DNA from: Octopus vulgaris | Lineage: Eukaryota | Assembly: GCA_951406725.2 (NCBI GenBank) | Contig: OX597839.1 | Span: 29,078,001 to 29,142,000 of the forward strand | Reading direction: 5' to 3' | DNA: 64,000 nt | Shown: one piece after another, positions 12,870 through 24,300 of the stretch | Layout: each line of letters begins with the position of its first letter | How positions within the stretch are numbered: the stretch's first letter is position 1 | Position numbers and translations under genes: made by a program | Notes under the pieces: generated by a model | What the model saw: only the letters and a program-made list of their open reading frames with translations | Databases searched by the model: none | What the model was told of the DNA's origin: nothing

Positions 12870-15800
12870 CCATGTAAAACACCCATGTGGCGCCAGGTAA
12901 AAGCACCCAGCATGTTCTGTAGAGTGGTTGGCATTGGGAAGGGCATCCAGCCATAGAAACCAGAGTGGTTGGCATTGGGAAGGGCATCCAGCCATAGAAA
13001 CCAGAGTGGTTGGCGTTGGGAAGGGCATCCAGCCATAGAAACCAGAGTGGTTGGCGTTGGGAAGGGCATCCAGCCATAGAAACCAGAGTGGTTGGCGTTG
13101 GGAAGGGCATCCAGCCATAGCAGAGTGGTTTGGGAAGGGCATCCAGCCATAGAAACCAGAGTGGTTGGCATTGGGAAGGGCATCCAGCCATAGAAACCAG
13201 AGTGGTTGGCATTGGGAAGGGCATCCAGCCATAGAAACCAGAGTGGTTGGCATTGGGAAGGGCATCCAGCCATAGAAACCAGAGTGGTTGGCGTTGGGAA
13301 GGGCATCCAGCCATAGAAACCAGAGTGGTTGGCATTGGGAAGGGCATCCAGCCATAGAAACCAGAGCATTGGGAAGGGCATCCAGCCATAGAAACCAGAG
13401 TGGTTGGCATTGGGAAGGGCATCCAGCCATAGAAACCAGAGTGGTTGGCGTTGGGAAGGGCATCCAGCCATAGAAACCAGAGTGGTTGGCATTGGGAAGG
13501 GCATCCAGCCATAGAAACCAGAGTGGTTGGCATTGGGAAGGGCATCCAGCCATAGAAACCAGAGTGGTTGGCATTGGGAAGGGCATCCAGCCATAGAAAC
13601 CAGAGTGGTTGGCGTTGGGAAGGGCATCCAGCCATAGAAACCAGAGTGGTTGGCGTTGGGAAGGGCATCCAGCCATAGAAACCAGAGTGGTTGGCATTGG
13701 GAAGGGCATCCAGCCATAGAAACCAGAGTGGTTGGCATTGGGAAGGCATCCAGCCATAGAAACCAGAGTGGTTGGCATTGGGAAGGGCATCCAGCCATAG
13801 AAACCAGAGTGGTTGGCGTTGGGAAGGGCATCCAGCCATAGAAACCAGAGTGGTTGGCATTGGGAAGGGCATCCAGCCATAGAAACCAGAGTGGTTGGCT
13901 TGGGAAGGGCATCCAGCCATAGAAACCAGAGTGGTTGGCATTGGGAAGGGCATCCAGCCATAGAAACCAGAGTGGTTGGCATTGGGAAGGGCATCCAGCC
14001 ATAGAAACCAGAGTGGTTGGCATTGGGAAGGGCATCCAGCCATAGAAACCAGAGTGGTTGGCCATCCAGCCATAGAAACCAGAGTGGTTGGCATTGGGAA
14101 GGGCATCCAGCCATAGAAACCAGAGTGGTTGGCGTTGGGAAGGGCATCCAGCCATAGAAACCAGAGTGGTTGGCATTGGGAAGGGCATCCAGCCATAGAA
14201 ACCAGAGTGGTTGGCATTGGGAAGGGCATCCAGCCATAGAAACCAGAGTGGTTGGCATTGGGAAGGGCATCCAGCCATAGAAACCAGAGTGGTTGGCATT
14301 GGGAAGGGCATCCAGCCATAGAAACCAGAGAAGCAGTGGTTGGCATTGGGAAGGGCATCCAGCCATAGAAACCAGAGTGGTTGGCATTGGGAAGGGCATC
14401 CAGCCATAGAAACCAGAGTGGTTGGCATTGGGAAGGGCATCCAGCCATAGAAACCAGAGTGGTTGGCATTGGGAAGGGCATCCAGCCATAGAAACCAGAG
14501 TGGTTGGCATTGGGAAGGGCATCCAGCCATAGAAACCAGAGTAGTTGGCATTGGGAAGGGCATCCAGCCATGAAACCAGAGTGGTTGGCGTTGGGAAGGG
14601 CATCCAGCCATAGAAACCAGAGTGGTTGGCATTGGGAAGGGCATCCAGCCATAGAAACCAGAGTGGTTGGCGTTGGGAAGGGCATCCAGCCATAGAAACC
14701 AGAGTGGTTGGCATTGGGAAGGGCATCCAGCCATAGAAACCAGAGTGGTTGGCATTGGGAAGGGCATCCAGCCATAGAAACCAGAGTGGTTGGCATTGGG
14801 AAGGGCATCCAGCCATAGAAACCAGAGTGGTTGGCGTTGGGAAGGGCATCCAGCCATAGAAACCAGGCCAAGAGTGGTTGGCGTTGGGAAGGGCATCCAG
14901 CCATAGAAACCAGAGTGGTTGGCATTGGGAAGGGCATCCAGCCATAGAAACCAGAGTGGTTGGCTTGGGAAGGGCATCCAGCCATAGAAACCAGAGTGGT
15001 TGGCATTGGGAAGGGCATCAGAGTGGTTGGCTTGGGAAGGGCATCCAGCCATAGAAACCAGAGTGGTTGGCAGCCATAGAAACCAGAGTGGTTGGCATTG
15101 GGAAGGGCATCCAGCCATAGAAACCAGAGTGGTTGGCGTTGGGAAGGGCATCCAGCCATAGAAACCAGAGTGGTTGGCATTGGGAAGGGCATCCAGCCAT
15201 AGAAACCAGAGTGGTTGGCATTGGGAAGGGCATCCAGCCATAGAAACCAGAGTGGTTGGCGTTGGGAAGGGCATCCAGCCATAGAAACCAGAGTGGTTGG
15301 CGTTGGGAAGGGCATCCAGCCATAGAAACCAGAGTGGTTGGCGTTGGGAAGGGCATCCAGCCATAGAAACCAGAGTGGTTGGCGTTGGGAAGGGCATCCA
15401 GCCATAGAAACCAGAGTGGTTGGCATTGGGAAGGGCATCCAGCCATAGAAACCAGAGTGGTTGGCATTGGGAAGGGCATCCAGCCATAGAAACCAGAGTG
15501 GTTGGCGTTGGGAAGGGCATCCAGCCATAGAAACCAGAGTGGTTGGCATTGGGAAGGGCATCCAGCCATAGAAACCAGAGTGGTTGGCATTGGGAAGGGC
15601 ATCCAGCCATAGAAACCAGAGTGGTTGGCATTGGGAAGGGCATCCAGCCATAGAAACCAGAGTGGTTGGCATTGGGAAAGGGCATCCAGCCATAGAAACC
15701 AGAGTGGTTGGCATTGGGAAGGGCATCCAGCCATAGAAACCAGAGTGGTTGGCATTGGGAAGGGCATCCAGCCATAGAAACCAGAGTGGTTGGCATTGGG

Positions 15801-16815
15801 AAGGGCATCCAGCCATAGAAACCAGAGTGGTTGGCATTGGGAAGGGCATCCAGCCATAGAAACCAGAGTGGTTGGCGTTGGGAAGGGCATCCAGCCATAG
15901 AAACCAGAGTGGTTGGCATTGGGAAGGGCATCCAGCCATAGAAACCAGAGTGGTTGGCATTGGGAAGGGCATCCAGCCATAGAAACCAGAGTGGTTGGCA
16001 TTGGGAAGGGCATCCAGCCATAGAAACCAGAGTGGTTGGCGTTGGGAAGGGCATCCAGCCATAGAAACCAGAGTGGTTGGCATTGGGAAGGGCATCCAGC
16101 CATAGAAACCAGAGTGGTTGGCATTGGGAAGGGCATCCAGCCATAGAAACCAGAGTGGTTGGCATTGGGAAGGGCATCCAGCCATAGAAACCAGAGTGGT
16201 TGGCATTGGGAAGGGCATCCAGCCATAGAAACCAGAGTGGTTGGCATTGGGAAGGGCATCCAGCCATAGAAACCAGAGTGGTTGGCGTTGGGAAGGGCAT
16301 CCAGCCATAGAAACCAGAGTGGTTGGCGTTGGGAAGGGCATCCAGCCATAGAAACCAGAGTGGTTGGCATTGGGAAGGGCATCCAGCCATAGAAACCAGA
16401 GTGGTTGGCATTGGGAAGGGCATCCAGCCATAGAAACCAGAGTGGTTGGCATTGGGAAGGGCATCCAGCCATAGAAACCAGAGTGGTTGGCATTGGGAAG
16501 GGCATCCAGCCATAGAAACCAGAGTGGTTGGCATTGGGAAGGGCATCCAGCCATAGAAACCAGAGTGGTTGGCATTGGGAAGGGCATCCAGCCATAGAAA
16601 CCAGAGTGGTTGGCGTTGGGAAGGGCATCCAGCCATAGAAACCAGAGTGGTTGGCATTGGGAAGGGCATCCAGCCATAGAAACCAGAGTGGTTGGCGTTG
16701 GGAAGGGCATCCAGCCATAGAAACCAGGCCAAAACAGACAATGGGGTCTGGTGCAGTTGGCCAGCTCTGGTCAAACCGCCCAACGCATGGACTACAGATG
16801 TTCAATGATAATGAT
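12870..16815 (+). mobile_element. Dispersed short repeat (SINE-like) copy split by the 41-bp array
   Basis: Left flank (gtaaaagcacccag...) and right flank (aaaccaggccaaaacagac...tgataatgat) continue the sequence seen intact at 19060-19265 and 49150-49325; inverted copies at 7745-7915, 10845-11010, 18335-18473, 24650-24820. Confidence 0.85.
12921..16725. repeat. Tandem array of a 41-bp unit (about 93 unit lengths) derived from a SINE interior
   Basis: Unit AGAGTGGTTGGC[A/G]TTGGGAAGGGCATCCAGCCATAGAAACC; the same segment occurs once in dispersed copies (e.g. 19114-19152, 10942-10982). Confidence 0.97.
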
Positions 16816-17130
16816 ACATGTTTGTTCATCTGTGCAGGTAAGCTACATGTTGGTCTATCTGTCCAAGTGATCCACATGATTTCTCTGTACATTTGAGCTA
16901 CATGTTGGCCTATCTGCATGCAAGCTACATGTTGACCTATCTGTGCATGTGGAATACATGCAGCTCTATTTGGAAATTAGAGTTACATGGTGGCCTGTCT
17001 TTACATGTGAGCCACATGTTAGTGTATCTCTGTATGTGAACCACATGTTGGTTCATCTGCACAAGTGAACTATTGTTGTCTATCTGTGTATATCAGCTAC
17101 ATGGTGGTCTACATGTAGTCATGCAATCTA
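16812..17130. repeat. Degenerate ~28-bp minisatellite next to the 41-bp array
   Basis: Recurring gctacatgttggtctatct variants. Confidence 0.7.
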
Positions 17131-17574
17131 TATTGTTGGCAAACTGTCCTAACTTTTAGGCCTTACCACATGTGGTTCCCAGGTCAAAGTGAATTATAAC
17201 TAAGTCCAAAGTGAGCCAACTTCCATTTGTATTGATTGGGTTATTCATTCTCCATGTTAAAATTTCTGCTTAATGAGAGCATGTAGGGGCCAGCCAATTA
17301 AAGTCTCTCTCTCAGATTTGAAATAGAGAGCGGGAGGGGGGGAGAGAGAGAGAGAGAGAGAGAGAGAAGGAGTATGAAGAACGTTTCCAAGAAAGAAGAC
17401 TGGAAAACCAGGAAAGGAAGAAACGAAGAAATAAATGGTGAGGAAGAAAAAATATGAAAAAAATTCCAAAGAAAGGAACAAAAAAAAAATGAAGGTAAAT
17501 TCTAAATAAATGAAAGAATAGAAAGAAGGAATAATGATGATGATGATGATGATGATAATAATAATAATACTCAC

Positions 17575-17669
17575 ACACTAGCATGAGGTTTCTTCTTTGA
17601 AAAATCACAGGCAAGCCCTAAATCTGATATTCTCACATGTCCTGATTCATCCAACAGGATATTTGCAGG
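17575..17669 (-). CDS. GRK2: GRK exon with DLG motif ([32 protein letters not shown])
   Basis: 95 nt, CAG/GTGAGT, phase 0 to 2; GRK-specific DLG in place of DFG. Confidence 0.97.
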
Positions 17670-18248
17670 CTGAAAAACAAACAAACAAAAGGTAAATAAT
17701 AATAATAATACTTTCTACTATAAGCACAAGGCCTGGAATTTGTGGGGAGGGAGAAGTCGACTACATCGACCCCAGTGCGTAACTGGTACTTATTTCATCG
17801 ACCCCCCACCGAAAAGATGAAAGGCAAAGTTGACCTTGGAGGAATTTGAATCCAGAACGCAGTGACGGGTGAAATGCCACTAAGCATTTGGCCCGGCCTG
17901 CTAACAACTCTGTTTATTCTTACAAGCTACGACTACGGCATTTGTGATGTCAAAATAACAGTTGTTTAATGTTTTTATATAAACTGTATATGATACTTTA
18001 TATAGTTGAAAAAGGGGTTAAGAATCCCTACAAATCAAAGGTTATAGGTCAAAAGTAAAAGTGGAAACCACATGGAAGTATGCTTGAAGATTCTTTCCAC
18101 TTATTTCCTATAATTAATTGACTTTTATAGAATATTACCATTTTCAATGTGTAAGTCCACCTTATCAAATATGAAAAATCCAAAGTAAAAAATTGACAAA
18201 TAATTAGAGATTAGAAATTAAGATAGTTCATTCCATATTCTCTGGGTA

Positions 18249-18338
<90 letters not shown>

Positions 18339-18470
18339 TCATCTTCGTTAAGCGTCCACTTTCCATGCTAGCATGGGTTGGACGGTCCAACTGGGGTCTG
18401 GGAAGCCAGAAGGCTGCACCAGGCCCAGTCTGATCTGGCAATGTTTCTACGGCTGGATGCCCTTCCTAAC

Positions 18471-18501
<31 letters not shown>

Positions 18502-18619
18502 TGCAGTGCGAGTGGTAGGGGTGATGAGAGATGGAGGGTGAAGGGCCAGTAAATATAGGCTTAGGAGGGCACAAAATATCTTGGCTTTTAAACTCTCCCC
18601 TTTTGTGTCAGGGGACATT

Positions 18620-18900
18620 CTGCAGCACCATGTACCCCCGACCAGTATGGTCCGAGGTTGCTCGGTCATTTTTCTACATTCAATCCCAAGTCTTCTTTGG
18701 TTTCCCCTCTTCCACACATTCTACTAGCTTGGCACTTTCTCATGCAGCAGTCACCCTCCATATGCATCACACGCCAGGCCCAACATGGCCTTCTCTCTTG
18801 TACACATTCTGCTCACACCCAGCTTCCCTCTCAGTATGCAAGATGCCAGAATACAAATTTAATAACATTACACATTCGCACACCCATCAGAGTACGTTCT
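18620..18900 (-). mobile_element. Decayed LINE 3-prime fragment (RTE-like)
   Basis: Remnants VRMCNV, VMHMEGDCCMRKC, KRGNQRRLG resemble the LINE C-terminal RWMCGV / HVMRM / RGRPRKTW motifs. Confidence 0.5.
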
Positions 18901-19289
18901 CTCTCTCTAGGCATATATATATATATATATGTATTAGGTGCCAAGCATGAAACTCTTTGTCCTAAAGTCACTGTGAAATTTCTACTGATTAAAAATGATA
19001 AAAATAAAAGTATATATATATATAACGTAAAAGCACCATCCGTTCGTGGCTGTTTGCCAGCTTTGTCTGGCACCTGTGCAGGTGGCATGTAAAAAGCACC
19101 CACTACACTCACGGAGTGGTTGGCATTAGGAAGGGCATCCAGCCGTAGAAACACTGCCAAATCTGACTGGGCCTGATGAAGCCTCCCGGCTTCACAGACC
19201 CCAGTTAAACCGTCCAACCCATGCTAGCATGGAAAACGGACGCTAAATGATGATGATGATGATGATATATATATATATATATATACACA

Positions 19290-19520
19290 GGCGGCGAGCT
19301 GGCAGAATCGTTAGCATGCCGGGCGAAATGCGTAGCCGTATTTCGTCTGGCGTTATGTTCTGAGTTCAAATTCCGCCGAGGTCGACTTTGCCTTTCATCC
19401 TCTCGGGGTCGATAAATAAAGTACCAGTTACGCACTGGGGTCGATGTAATCGACGTGATCCGTTTGTCTGTCCTTGTTTGTCCCCTCTGTGTTTAGCCCC
19501 TTGTGGGTAGTAAAGAATAA
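19290..19520 (+). mobile_element. tRNA-derived SINE family A (Meta-domain-like body), representative copy
   Basis: Head ggcgagctggcagaatcgttag...gttcaaattcc (A/B-box-like), body gtcgactttgcctttcatcc...gtcgataaa...agtaccag; many copies, e.g. 755-945, 1590-1790, 17710-17910, 20650-20870, 30275-30480, 37090-37300, 44615-44828, 51360-51570, 62232-62440. Confidence 0.85.
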
Positions 19521-19644
19521 TATATATATATATACACATATACACTCATGTTTTGAGTTCTAATTTTCCTATTTGCATTACCAAAATATGTGCATGTATA
19601 TATAGATATATATACACACACACACACACACCACCCTCATATTC

Positions 19645-19683
<39 letters not shown>

Positions 19684-19865
19684 CTCCCACAATGAACTTT
19701 ATCTTGGAGATACAGAAGATCTAATGAATAAAAAAATGTATGTTTTTTTTCCTTATCTTTTCTTTAGAGGAAAAACAAACAAACAACTAAAACAGAAAGA
19801 AAAATGAAATAAAAGCAAAACGAAAAAGAAGAACAAAGGAGAAAGAAAAAAAATGCAAAGTTTAC

Positions 19866-20075
19866 CTTAAGATCTCTGTAGACGACGCCTCGTACGTGCA
19901 TATGTTCCAACCCTAAGATCACTTCTGCAGCATAGAATCTGACTTCTTGCTCTGAGAAGACACCGTGTTGGGACAAATGATAGTGCAGATCTCCGCCGTT
20001 CATTAGGTCGAGGATGAAGCATAGTTTTTCTGGAGTTTGAAATGCATATGTCATGCAGACGATGAAGGGGCACTC
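19866..20075 (-). CDS. GRK2: GRK exon, hinge to catalytic loop ([12 protein letters not shown]...VVYRDLK)
   Basis: 210 nt = 70 codons, CAG/GTAAAC, phase 0 to 0; DLMNGGDL and YRDLK motifs. Confidence 0.97.
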
Positions 20076-21927
20076 CTGCAGAAGAAAGGAAAAGGGGAGA
20101 GAAAAAATGGGTATCAATGAGTGCTGTTTTGGTAATCAATCAATAATAAATAACGAGATGGAAATATAAGTTAAAAGGACAACAAAAAGGAAAGAGAGAG
20201 AGAGAGAGAAAAAAAAACTGAAGGAAAAGAGAAATGAAAGAATTTCAGGCTGTTTCTTCTGATGAGTTGTGTATTTTTTTTGTTTGTTTTGGCTTTTGTT
20301 TTCGGTATTTGTCTGCTGAGCAGCAAAGACAGAAAGATCTGAAGAAATTGCTAATACGGTTAGGCATTTCACTACATTTCAATTACCATTAAAGTCAGAA
20401 CAACACAGAGAGAAGAAGAAGAAGAAGAAGAAAAAAAGACTAAATCAAAACCACCAACAAACAAAAACATAAAAACACTATTTGTTTCTCAATTACAATC
20501 TACACACACACTTATATACACCCATCAGTGTATATAGATGTCTGTGTGCAGTATATACCATTGCCATCATTAGGAGCTTTTTTTTTCTGAGTCTGTTATT
20601 TTGTGCTTGCAAGGTTTGGACAGATGGTTGTCTTCCTCTCTTGTACTGGTTTCAAATTTTGGCACAAGGCCAGCAGTTTCGGGGGTGGGGCTAAATCGAT
20701 TACATGCCCCCCCCCCCCAAAAAAAAAAATTGGTACTAATTTTATTAACCTCAAAAGGATAACAGGCAAAGTGAACCCCGGTGGAATTTGAACTCAGAAC
20801 GTAAAGACGGATGAAATGCTGCCAAGCATTTTACCTGGTGCGCCAATGATTCTGCCAGCTCCCCACCCTAAGAGCGATCATAATATTGGTTTCCGATTTT
20901 GACACAAGACCAGCAATTTTTTTTGGGGTGGGTGGGCAGGTATGATGATTACATTGACTCCCAGTCAATTATTTTAGCAACCTCAAAAGGATGAAAGGTG
21001 AAGCTGACCCCAGTGGAATTTGAACTCAAAATGTAAAGATGGACAAAATGCCGCTAAGCACAGGTATCAGCTCATCACGGGCTACTTAGCTGTATTGTAT
21101 TCTTAGAGTCTTATACAAAACAAATTTAATATACAGCTGTTAATGTCATGCAACGGTGTTGTATATACAAGACCACTTTAATATAAAGCCGTTAATGTTA
21201 TGCAATAGTGTTGTTCTAAGGTTATTGCTTTTGATCAGGATTGTAAATTTGTAGAGGAAAATAGAGAAAATAAGAATTGCTAAGAAATACAACAGAAAAC
21301 TAACAGAGAAAATACTCAGAGATAAGAACAGACAAAAGGAAGATATGGAATGAAATATGGAAGAGATCAAACTTTAGGACAAAGGCTAAGATGATACAAT
21401 AAGATTAAAACATGGAGTAATGCTGAATTATAACCCTTCCCAATCTACAGAAAAATCATAGAGGCAACTGTGAGGGGAGGTGTCTGGAGGGTTGCCTGAT
21501 CTGTTAGAAAGAGCAGCTAAGTTCTGTTTATATCATATTAGCACATAATATAGTCATGTCTGAGAGTATGATGGGATGGTCATGACTGGAATGCTTTTGA
21601 TCATATAGTTTTACTCAAGATTCACCTGGGGCTAAATAGCAAAAATGGGGTGGGGGTGGTGGAGGGACCGTGCTGAAGCCATCTTGGCAAATTAGGTTTG
21701 CTGATGACAATGGTGATGACGACGATGATGATGATGACGATGATGATGCACTGTAGTATTGGCAATGAAACATGATGATGACAATGGTGTTGGCAATGAC
21801 AACAAAATATCAACTACAATGAGATAATGGACAAGCCTTTGTGAGGTTTGACCTGTTAGAAACGACAGCTAAATTTTCACAGATCCTACCACATAGAAAA
21901 GTGGAAGGACACAAGGGTCAGTATAGT

Positions 21928-21971
<44 letters not shown>

Positions 21972-22930
21972 TATATGTATATATATATGATTGATTGATT
22001 CTAGTTTCAGCTCATAAGGACTAAGACAGAGACCGGATGGTCACTCACAAATGGAACAATTTCTTTTTATCCTAGTTCTGTTCAATGAGAATTGACCTTA
22101 TGCTAAACAATAACACTGTGGCTGGTATAGTGGTAGTGATGATGATGATGATGATGGCAATGTTGTTGAATACAACACTGATATTTTATTAATAGCTACA
22201 GTGATGACAAAGATGATGACAATTCTGTTGCGATGTCCACGAAAGTAATTATGTGATGACAAGGGTATGGCCAATGATTATGCTGATGGTAATTACATCA
22301 GTGCTGACAAAAACGATGGCTATGACAGTGATGACGACTTACGATGATAATCATGCAAGCACTGATGCTAATAAGAGGAGTGATGATGATGATGATGATG
22401 CTAATTGTGATAATGATGATTAACAGTAGTAACGACAGTCGCCGTGGTAATGGTGGTAGCCAGAAGGACAACTACAAGGACACCAGTGTTACGTAGGATT
22501 TACTTGACTGACCGACTGACCAAAGATGGCCTTGGGCCGCAAACATCTTCAAATATTGGGAACAAGAGATGAGAAGGAAAAGAAAATAGAAGACAAAGAC
22601 AGGACAAAGTTGTGATGATGCAGGTGGCAGCACTGTAGTAGTGGTGATGAAACGATGATGATGATGATGATGATGATGATGGTGATAATCCATTGCTGTT
22701 TGGTATTAGAGAAGCAGGAAGATTGTACGGATTGCTCTGTTTTGTAATAATCTAAGACGAACTGAAGCAAATCTGCGTCCTTGCCAAATGTCCGCTCGGC
22801 TTCAATTAATATTAATTACGAGAATAGAAGAGAAATGGGAAAATTATATCTATATATGTGTGTATATTTATCTGACATGTCATATGTAATAACAGACTTT
22901 AATGATAACACCCCCCACCACCACCCCCAC

Positions 22931-22962
<32 letters not shown>

Positions 22963-23132
22963 GTAATTATAACAACAGGAATAATATCGTAAGTAATAAT
23001 ACAATGGACATCAAGGATGTGTGTGTATATATGTAGATATACACACAGATATGTGTATAAATATGGATATATCATTGTATGAACGAGTATAGGCATGTAC
23101 TTATATGCACGCACAAATATATACATGCATGC

Positions 23133-23171
<39 letters not shown>

Positions 23172-23304
23172 TAAATACATATATATATATATATCCATCC
23201 ATACATACATATCTAGGCATACATATATATGCACACAGATATCTATATACACACATACAAACAAAATATATATACATAATACCATCATCATTTAATGCCT
23301 GTTA

Positions 23305-23387
<83 letters not shown>

Positions 23388-23570
23388 GAGTGTGTACATA
23401 TATACTTATCCACCTATATATATATATATATATTTATTATATAGAAGGAGCTTCTACAGGACTATGAAACAGTACTAGTCCTGTAAGCTCCTTCTATATA
23501 ATAAATTAATTTTACTCTGCTATGTATTGAGTACCTTATTACTGTGGTTAACCCCGAATCAACCCATACC

Positions 23571-23619
<49 letters not shown>

Positions 23620-24019
23620 ATATCTATATCTATATATATATTATATGCATGTGCATTAATGTATGAATGTATGTAAATGTAATTAAGACAACTAACAGTT
23701 TACAATCTCTAAAAGTACATATTTGCAATATTTAAAGTGCTTTCCACACAAATCCATCTAAGTTCACATATAATCTTGTACATTGTGTGTGTGTGTGTAT
23801 CTCTGTGTCTCTCTCTCTCCCTCACACACACACACACACACAGACAAGTGCACACACATTTTCAAAGGCAATTTCCTAAGCAGAGCAGACAGTGGTCTAT
23901 TAATGCCAGATTGACAAACAATGTCTGCAATAATGACAGATGTTCTCTTGGCAGAAGCTGTTAATGGAACAGGCTTCAAGCGAGGAGGGCACTTCTATGT
24001 GAATGAGGGAGAATCAGGG

Positions 24020-24300
24020 AAGTCAAATGAAACTGCCCACCCCCATGCGGTCAGAGAAGGGTATGGGGTGGTCTCTGTATGTGTGGTCAAGCAAGACTGC
24101 TGACCCCCATGTGGTCAAATCAGGGTATGAGGCAGCCTCTGTATGTGGGGCCAAAGGAGACTACCTACCTTCATGTGGTCAAACGAGACAGGCTCTGTAT
24201 GTGTAGTGAAATGAGACTGCTGACCCCCATATGGTCAGAGAAGTGAATAAGGGACACTGTATGTGTGGTCAAACAAACCAAGATGCTGTGTGTCCAAATG
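24020..24300. repeat. Degenerate ~55-bp minisatellite
   Basis: Recurring ccccatgtggtca and ctctgtatgtgtgg. Confidence 0.7.

Noticed and set aside
12921-16725. CRISPR array
   Set aside because: Head-to-tail repeats with no unique spacers, eukaryotic intron, no cas genes.
12769-16919. ORFs of 633-1318 aa as protein-coding genes
   Set aside because: They are the same 41-bp SINE-derived unit read in three frames, intronic, with no domain or codon-position signal.
22500-22620. Cassette exon MFAAQGHLW after a pyrimidine tract
   Set aside because: Weak GAAG acceptor; the better donors give 26, 34 or 43 nt, out of frame for this phase-0 intron; only a weak GTCGGT donor keeps the frame.
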